Sequence record: SRR2962707_3459
Length of the DNA stretch: 41,562 nt
Direction: 5' to 3' (one strand)
In this document: positions 19,031 to 25,260 of the stretch, piece by piece
Numbering within the stretch: the first letter of the stretch is position 1
Layout: each line of letters opens with the position of its first letter
Notes under the pieces: model-generated
Seen by the model: only the letters and a program-made list of their open reading frames with translations
Database searches by the model: none
What the model was told of the DNA's origin: nothing
Translations under genes and position numbers: made by a program

Positions 19031-20301
19031 TGAAGACAGCATTTGCCTTGGTCGATTGCAATAATTTCTATGCGAGTTGCGAAAAGTTGTTCCGACCAGA
19101 TTTAAAACACACGCCTGTTGTGGTGTTATCGAATAACGATGGCTGTATTGTCGCGCGTTCCAAAGAGGTAAAGGCGCTGGGTATTAAGATGGGCGTGCCG
19201 ATGTTTCAGGTTCAGGACGAGATAAGACAGCACGGTATTGTGTGCTTCTCGTCCAATTATGCGCTGTATGCGGATATGTCGAATCGGGTGATGACGATTC
19301 TTGAAGAGGAAGCCCCCCGGCTTGAGGTGTATTCCATCGATGAAGCCTTTATGGATTTATCCGGTGTTGATCATGTAGTGGGTTTGCTGGAATTTGGTAA
19401 GCAAGTAAAAGTCAAGGTTGATCAATGGACGGGCATTACGGTAGGAGTTGGTATTGCCCCCACCAAAACGTTGGCGAAGTTGGCAAATCATGCGGCGAAG
19501 AAATACCCAGCAACCGGCTCGGTGGTGGATTTGATGGACCCAGAAAGACAAAAACGTTTATTGGCACTTGTTGAAGTAAGCGATGTTTGGGGCGTTGGCC
19601 GTCGTACCACGGCAAAACTAAAAGCCAGAGGCGTTCATACGGCGTTAGATCTTGCCAATGCAGACCCGAAAACCATCCGAAGTGAGTTTTCTGTGGTGTT
19701 GGAGCGGACCATTCGAGAGTTGAATGGGGTGTCATGTTTGGATTTGGAATTGGTCAGGCCAACAAAGCAGCAAATCATTTGCAGTCGGTCGTTTGGTCAT
19801 AAAGTGACAGACAAGCGAGAACTGCGGGAAGCGGTCGCCAAGTACACAACCAGAGCGGCCGAGAAACTACGCGGGGAAAAACGCCTTTGTCGAGTGGTGA
19901 GTGTGTTCGTTCGTACCAGCCCTTTTATTCCAAACGAACCGCAATACTCGAAAACACTCTCTGCAGAGCTGCCCAACCCAACCGACGACACGCGAGACTT
20001 ATTAGAAGTAGCAAATGAGTTGTTTAAGCGAATTTATCGTGCTGGTTTCCGCTACGCCAAAGGCGGCGTAATGCTCGCTGACTTCTACGAACAGGGCGCC
20101 TTCCAACAAGATTTATTTCGAGCGGACAATCCAAAAATCAACTCTAAAGCCTTAATGAGTGTCGTGGACAAAATCAACCACAGCGGTCTCGGCAACGTCT
20201 TCTTCGCCTCGCAAGGCGTATCACCACAATGGTCAATGAAACGAGAACACCTATCGCCAGGGTACACGACCAGGTGGGATGAGCTGCCCAAGGTTTGGTG
20301 A
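19030..20301 (+). CDS. umuC: Pol V catalytic subunit UmuC (Y-family polymerase)
   Basis: LVDCNNFYASCE, VVLSNNDGC, YSIDEAF, SRSFG, C-terminal LSPGYTTRWDELP. Confidence 0.97.
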   Translation: MKTAFALVDCNNFYASCEKLFRPDLKHTPVVVLSNNDGCIVARSKEVKALGIKMGVPMFQVQDEIRQHGIVCFSSNYALYADMSNRVMTILEEEAPRLEVYSIDEAFMDLSGVDHVVGLLEFGKQVKVKVDQWTGITVGVGIAPTKTLAKLANHAAKKYPATGSVVDLMDPERQKRLLALVEVSDVWGVGRRTTAKLKARGVHTALDLANADPKTIRSEFSVVLERTIRELNGVSCLDLELVRPTKQQIICSRSFGHKVTDKRELREAVAKYTTRAAEKLRGEKRLCRVVSVFVRTSPFIPNEPQYSKTLSAELPNPTDDTRDLLEVANELFKRIYRAGFRYAKGGVMLADFYEQGAFQQDLFRADNPKINSKALMSVVDKINHSGLGNVFFASQGVSPQWSMKREHLSPGYTTRWDELPKVW

Positions 20302-20305
20302 GATC

Positions 20306-20617
20306 TTAATCTTCTTTTTTAGTGGCGCTTCCAAGCTGTGTTCCAGCCCATAAGCCTAATTTTAAAATGCCTAAACCAACATTCCATTTAGGTTTTTCTG
20401 ATATTAATAAATAAGTTGCAGTCAGAGCTGTTCCTGTTGTGATGGCATCAAAAACTTGTTTTGATGTGGCATTTTGATTGGCTACCCAATTAGAAAAATG
20501 TTCGCAATTATTACTTATAGCCGAGTAGCCCCATTTGCCTATTTGAGGTCTTGCCCTTTTAAGTAGTTCAGTTACAGGTACCGTGTGTTCAGTAACAACC
20601 CCCCCTGTTTTTTCCCG
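20306..20617 (-). pseudogene. 5'-truncated LRAT-like (permuted NlpC/P60) gene fragment
   Basis: My translation of a start-less 103-codon frame: REKTGGVVTEHTVPVTELLKRARPQIGKWGYSAISNNCEHFSNWV...TKKED-stop; NCEHF at 20495-20509. Confidence 0.75.
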
Positions 20618-20921
20618 TCAACATGCGCCAGCGGGTTGCTCTAGCTCGTTGCTCTAGCCCAAGAAACACAAGCCTTTCACTATAAAATGTCGCTTTCATA
20701 AGAAGAGAGCGGCGTTTGTTAATCTCGCGTGTAGGGCTTGCGAGTCTGGGCGTTGGTCGTTAAGGTTTATTCAGGTCATTAGCGTTATGGTGTCGGCTAC
20801 ACGAGTCATTGCAGCTTCGCCAAGTCAGGGACTTTGTCGGTTCTAGGCCTTACTAAAACGGCGCTTGTTTGTTTTTAGGGTGGGGGGCTTATGAAGCCCC
20901 TGTCAGATGAAATGCTATAAA

Positions 20922-20951
20922 TGGCTTGGCTTGGCTTGGCTTGGCCTGGTT
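20922..20951. repeat. Pentanucleotide microsatellite (TGGCT)4 plus 2 degenerate units
   Basis: TGGCT TGGCT TGGCT TGGCT TGGCC TGGTT. Confidence 0.85.
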
Positions 20952-21243
20952 TGAGTGGGTCGGTGTTGGGTTTGGTAGCTGAGAATTTTTCAAGCTTTAT
21001 CATGAGCTTGGCGCTGATACCGGAAGATTACAGGGTGTTGGTATGGTGTTCAAAAAAACGTTTGATCACCTTTGGCTCACCTTTAGAGATGTGTCATGTC
21101 TGCTTTAGAGAGGGTTTCTGTGGTTAGGGGGTCAAGATCATCCTTTTGAAAGTATTGATCACAGATAAAGCGCACTGATAATCTAGTTTCTAGAAATGAA
21201 GCTGATTAGAATGATTTATGACAATACGTTCATGGAGGAGTAT

Positions 21244-21402
21244 ATGGAGCAATTTAGACAACTACTCACGGATCTCGAGTGTATTTCTCTTCAGGATATT
21301 TCAGAGATACCTGAAGACCTACAGCACGAGATTGCTGAGCAGATAGAGCAGTTGCAAGACAAACTCAAGCGCTTAAATGAAAGCAGCTGTTCCGTTAAAT
21401 GA
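21244..21402 (+). CDS. Small acidic helical hypothetical protein (52 aa)
   Basis: Strong GGAGGAG SD just before ATG 21244; amphipathic E/Q/L-rich sequence. Confidence 0.6.
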   Translation: MEQFRQLLTDLECISLQDISEIPEDLQHEIAEQIEQLQDKLKRLNESSCSVK

Positions 21403-21506
21403 CCTGTGATGATAAGGCTGCCTCTTTTTGCGTTTATGAGTGCGATAAAATTCGAGCTTGCTAAGGCATCAATCAAGTCGGTTATTTCAAATGCTGGGGT
21501 GTCGGC

Positions 21507-21923
21507 ATGAGTTATCCTATTAAGGCGTTGATGTGTTGTTTGGTGGCGCTCTTGTTATCGGGTTGCGCTGCTGACTCAGAGCGAATGCTTGGTAAAGCGC
21601 GTACGCCAGTTGCGGTGTCTGAGGTGCAGGTTTTGATGCAGCCGCCCAGTGTTGCCTATGAAGCAATTGCGCAAATAAAGGTAAGAGTGCAAGAAGGGTT
21701 TGATCAGCAGGCTCGTTTGAAAAATACCATCGCTGTGTTGGTCGCCAAAGCGGCTAAGTTGGGGGCGAATGGCGTGATAGTGGCGGATACCAAAGAGTTT
21801 AATGCGGCTTACAATCGCATCAGCACAGGCACGGCTTTTACTGAGGGTGCTTCATTTACTTTGTCGCCAAGCGCTTTTAGTAGGGTAAAGCTAAGTGCCA
21901 CCGCCATTTACTTGGCTCCGTAG
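21507..21923 (+). CDS. Hypothetical lipoprotein
   Basis: Lipobox LLSG-C; KAAKLGANGVIV segment recalls YbjQ/RcsF-like folds. Confidence 0.75.
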   Translation: MSYPIKALMCCLVALLLSGCAADSERMLGKARTPVAVSEVQVLMQPPSVAYEAIAQIKVRVQEGFDQQARLKNTIAVLVAKAAKLGANGVIVADTKEFNAAYNRISTGTAFTEGASFTLSPSAFSRVKLSATAIYLAP

Positions 21924-22050
21924 ACATCTGGTGAAGCTTGCCAGTGTTATTTTAAATATTAAATAAAATAATTATTTTAATTATCTAATACGATTATTTC
22001 CTCTATTTATCGCTATATTTTGTTAGGTGATAGTGGTCTTCCGCTCTATA

Positions 22051-22066
22051 CTGTATACATATACAG
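22051..22066. promoter_or_regulatory. LexA (SOS) box upstream of umuD2
   Basis: CTGTATACATATACAG fits CTG-N10-CAG and overlaps TATACT, the same layout as at umuD1. Confidence 0.9.
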
Positions 22067-22080
22067 TCAGGAATGTTTTT

Positions 22081-22530
22081 ATGCGAGTTTCCTATCTCGG
22101 CGTTGCCAAATCGGCTTCTTTTATTGCTGCCAACAGCGTTCAAATCCCTCTTTATGAAGAGTCAGAGTCTACTGTGCTGCCTTCCTCTGATCAGGATGCG
22201 AAGCAACCGGCGTTTGATTTGAATACGCTTTCTATCCAGCACCCAGCCGCGACCTTTTTTGTCAGAGCGCATGGTGATTCCATGGTTGAGGCGGGCATTT
22301 ATGCGGGCGATGTATTGGTAGCGGATAAGTCGCTCAATGCTCGTCACGGCGATGTTGTGATAACGTACATTGATGGCGAAATGACGGTGAAAATATTGGA
22401 ATTAAAGCCTGATGTCGTGCTTCGCCCTAAAAATAAAGCCTATGCGGCGATGCCAGTAACAACAGAGCCTAATGTAGAGATTTTTGGGGTGGTTATTAGC
22501 GTTATCCGTCAATTAGCGCGAGCCGAATAA
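22081..22530 (+). CDS. Orphan UmuD paralogue lacking the Ala-Gly autocleavage site
   Basis: Colinear with UmuD1 from MRVSYLGV; GDSM and TVK retained; VSAGFPSPA replaced by ESTVLPSSD; AGGA SD before ATG 22081. Confidence 0.85.
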   Translation: MRVSYLGVAKSASFIAANSVQIPLYEESESTVLPSSDQDAKQPAFDLNTLSIQHPAATFFVRAHGDSMVEAGIYAGDVLVADKSLNARHGDVVITYIDGEMTVKILELKPDVVLRPKNKAYAAMPVTTEPNVEIFGVVISVIRQLARAE

Positions 22531-22537
22531 AAGACTC

Positions 22538-22568
22538 AAAAAAGCGCCTTGTCATCCATAAAGGCGCT
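22538..22568 (-). terminator. Hairpin between the convergent umuD2 and lipoprotein genes
   Basis: AAAAAAGCGCCTT...AAGGCGCT; U-tract on the minus strand. Confidence 0.65.
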
Positions 22569-22645
22569 GATTATCCAATGCTGTTTCTCAGTGTTGCTTC
22601 TTACCTTAATGATATTCTCTCGTACTACAGCAAAGTAAAACTCGC

Positions 22646-22906
22646 TTACTGGCATACCGTCTCGGTTTGGCTTAACAGTGTCGCTGTGTAATGGCATTGA
22701 TACGTTTTATCTAACACGGACGCGGTAAATTGTACTCGTTCACCGTCGGCTTTTTTATTGCTGATCACAATGTTGTCAGGGTTGGCGTGAATTGCCGCGC
22801 TGGCTTTATTTTGCAGTGTTTGTTCAGTTGTGAGTGTGTTGTTCATAGAAACGCAGCCAGTTAATGCGCTCGCTGTGATTAGAGTGGCGATGGTTAAGGT
22901 CTTCAT
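22646..22906 (-). CDS. Small hypothetical lipoprotein
   Basis: MKTL... signal with ALTG-C lipobox; AAGGAG SD upstream; two further Cys near the C-terminus. Confidence 0.75.
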   Translation of the reverse strand: MKTLTIATLITASALTGCVSMNNTLTTEQTLQNKASAAIHANPDNIVISNKKADGERVQFTASVLDKTYQCHYTATLLSQTETVCQ

Positions 22907-23025
22907 CAGTCTATTGCTCCTTGCTGTGAATGTGCCAAATGTGGGGCGATTATAGTCATTTTGAGCCGTGTTTTGCGCGAGTTTACGAGGACTTTACTCA
23001 GTGTCACTAAGGTTTGTAGGGCAAT

Positions 23026-23053
23026 AAAAAACACAACCTAGGTTGTGTTTTTT
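23026..23053. terminator. Intrinsic terminator downstream of trmJ (perfect 28-bp palindrome)
   Basis: AAAAAACACAACCTAGGTTGTGTTTTTT. Confidence 0.85.
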
Positions 23054-23086
23054 TGTTTAAAGCGAGTGTAGTGTTTCTAACGAGAA

Positions 23087-23857
23087 CTACTCTTGCTCGG
23101 GTGTTTTTTTGGCTTTTTTCTCAGGGTGGTTGTTGGCATCTGTTAGCCCTGCTTCACGCTGAACCGCCGCCAGTACGCCGCGTAAGATGCCCAGCTCTTG
23201 TTTTTCAGGGCGAGAGCGGTTGAAGAATCTATGGAGTTTATCAAGTACTTTGCCTGGGTGGTTGCGAACAATGAAGTTGATCCCATAGAGAGTATCTTCT
23301 AGGTGTTCGTAGAATAAATCCATGTCTTTTTTACGTGGGTATTCTGCCACTGTCTTGTCATACGTAGTCTGGTCTTGATTGGCCATCCAGATTTCATATG
23401 CCACGATTTGAACCGCTTGAGAGATGTTAAGTACTGGGTATTCATCATTGGCATCGATGTAAACTTGACGATGGCATTGCGCAATTTCTTCGTTTAATAG
23501 CCCTGTGGTTTCTCTGCCAAAAACAATGGCCACATCGTGTTCTTTTGATTCAGGAATGACCGTTTGAGCGCATTCACGAGCGTTCATTATTGGCAACTGA
23601 AAGGTGCGATGACGTGCGCTGGTGCCAATCACGAGACTGCAATCGCTGATGGCTTCTTCTAGTGTGCTCACAATAGTGGCGTTTTCCAACAAATCGACAG
23701 CACCGGCGGCACGGCTGGTGGCTTCCTCTGAAGGGTAGTCGTTTGGGTCTACCAAATACAAATTGGTGAGTCCCATATTTTTCATGGCACGGGCAATGGC
23801 GCCCACATTTCCAGGGTGAAACGTGTTGATTAAAACAATTCGAATGTTACTCAGCAT
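23087..23857 (-). CDS. trmJ: tRNA (C32/U32-2'-O)-methyltransferase, TrmJ/LasT SPOUT family
   Basis: IRIVL..TFHPGNVGAIARAMKNMG, GTSAR, FGRETTGL.NEE, YPVLNISQAVQ. Confidence 0.88.
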   Translation of the reverse strand: MLSNIRIVLINTFHPGNVGAIARAMKNMGLTNLYLVDPNDYPSEEATSRAAGAVDLLENATIVSTLEEAISDCSLVIGTSARHRTFQLPIMNARECAQTVIPESKEHDVAIVFGRETTGLLNEEIAQCHRQVYIDANDEYPVLNISQAVQIVAYEIWMANQDQTTYDKTVAEYPRKKDMDLFYEHLEDTLYGINFIVRNHPGKVLDKLHRFFNRSRPEKQELGILRGVLAAVQREAGLTDANNHPEKKAKKTPEQE

Positions 23858-23863
23858 GGGCAA

Positions 23864-25174
23864 TTAATTACTCAGTGTTTGATCGTCTTGGCGTCTGGTT
23901 TTTAGCGTGAGCGATTGCTCTGTGCTGGCAAACTCTACATCGTTCAAGACGACTTGGTTGGTGTCGTTGAATAGGAATTGGTTACAGCCCTGATGATACA
24001 GGGAACCGGTCTCTAACACCAATCGATAGCGACCTCTAGGGATGAAGTTAGCGGCGTAGGCTTGACCTGCTTTTAGGTAAATAGCGAAAGGGGCTAAGCC
24101 GTCATAAGACTGAAAGCTGAGCACGCTGGCTTGTTGAAGGTGGTTGAGAATGCGCAGTCGACTTTGGCCGTCTGCGTTCCCGATTAACTGACCGTGTCTT
24201 GGCGCCAGACCAGGTTGGCCAACACAGTCGGTTTCGAGCGCATTTTGAGCGCTGCCAAAACCGATGTCTTTGGCTTGTACCCACCCATTAACACCTTGAT
24301 ATCGAACGGTAAGCCAATCGCCTTGTGCTTTAATGCTTTGTATATCGGTGAGTGCAGGAAGACTCATCAATTGTTGGGTGTGGGTGTCGGGCTCTGCAAA
24401 CAGTTTGGTGGTCACTAGCGTGTAGTTGGTGCCAATTCGATATTGTGGATACAGACCTGAAATATAACTGCTAGCGTGCGGTTCAACGGCTTTTGTATGC
24501 GAATCTTGCCAATATAAGGTGGCGTATATGCCAGCGGCAAAACACGCTAAATAGGTTGCCGTTCGAAACGCGGCTTTGGCGGCGTACAGGCGAATCGGAG
24601 TGCCGGCTCGGTGTTCTTTGGGAGCGTCTGGTTCATCGACAAAGGTTTGATAAGGAGGAATATCAAACTCAGTGAAACGAGGAGGTTCTTCAGTATCGGA
24701 TGTTTTGTAACCTTGAGAGGTAAAGCCCTTGGAAGCTTTGAAGGCTTCTTCGTATATGGCTTTTACACGTTTTTCATTAAAGGTATTTCTTGCGGACTTG
24801 ATGGCGTCATTGCGCGTTTTTTCTTGCTGGGCGCTATTGCGCTTCATTTCTTCGTAAGCCCGCTGTCGCTCTTTGATAAAAGCGGCTTGTTCTTTGTCTG
24901 ATGTTGACGAGTAATTACGATAGCGAGGGTCAGCGGTCTGAGTCGCTTGAGTGAATTCGTAAGGTTTCCAGTGGGTTTCTGATGTGCCTTGTTTGATGGC
25001 ATCTAGAACATTTTGGTAAGCGGCCTGAAGTCGTTGAAAGAGCTCAGTGGTATCAACACCTGGATTTTTGTCAGGATGATAGAGTCTTGCCAAGCGACGA
25101 AAAGCGGTTTTAGCTTCATGAGCGCTGGCATTGGTAGGGATCTCTAACAGTCGATAATCGTCTATAAGGCTCAT
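23864..25174 (-). CDS. J-domain membrane protein with an SH3b-like domain
   Basis: N-terminal J domain with YHPDKN, a TM segment near aa 205-222, and a WLTVRYQGVNGWVQ SH3b-like signature. Confidence 0.8.
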   Translation of the reverse strand: MSLIDDYRLLEIPTNASAHEAKTAFRRLARLYHPDKNPGVDTTELFQRLQAAYQNVLDAIKQGTSETHWKPYEFTQATQTADPRYRNYSSTSDKEQAAFIKERQRAYEEMKRNSAQQEKTRNDAIKSARNTFNEKRVKAIYEEAFKASKGFTSQGYKTSDTEEPPRFTEFDIPPYQTFVDEPDAPKEHRAGTPIRLYAAKAAFRTATYLACFAAGIYATLYWQDSHTKAVEPHASSYISGLYPQYRIGTNYTLVTTKLFAEPDTHTQQLMSLPALTDIQSIKAQGDWLTVRYQGVNGWVQAKDIGFGSAQNALETDCVGQPGLAPRHGQLIGNADGQSRLRILNHLQQASVLSFQSYDGLAPFAIYLKAGQAYAANFIPRGRYRLVLETGSLYHQGCNQFLFNDTNQVVLNDVEFASTEQSLTLKTRRQDDQTLSN

Positions 25175-25260
25175 GCTATCCTAGAAAATAAGCGTTTAGG
25201 CAAAAAAGAGGCGGCCGCATAGCATTATGCATGATTTGTAAGTTTCGACAAAGCGGCAAT

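Noticed and set aside
20921-21127. 68-aa ORF MAWLGLAWPG...
   Set aside because: N-terminus is just the translated microsatellite; no SD or protein-like features
21055-21175. TTGATCAC repeats as FNR or CRP sites
   Set aside because: Only half-sites; spacing and second halves do not fit TTGAT-N4-ATCAA or TGTGA-N6-TCACA
16145-23042. Shared CCTAGG loop in the tal and trmJ terminators as a repeat family
   Set aside because: Stems are unrelated; a 6-bp match is compatible with chance or a favoured loop sequence
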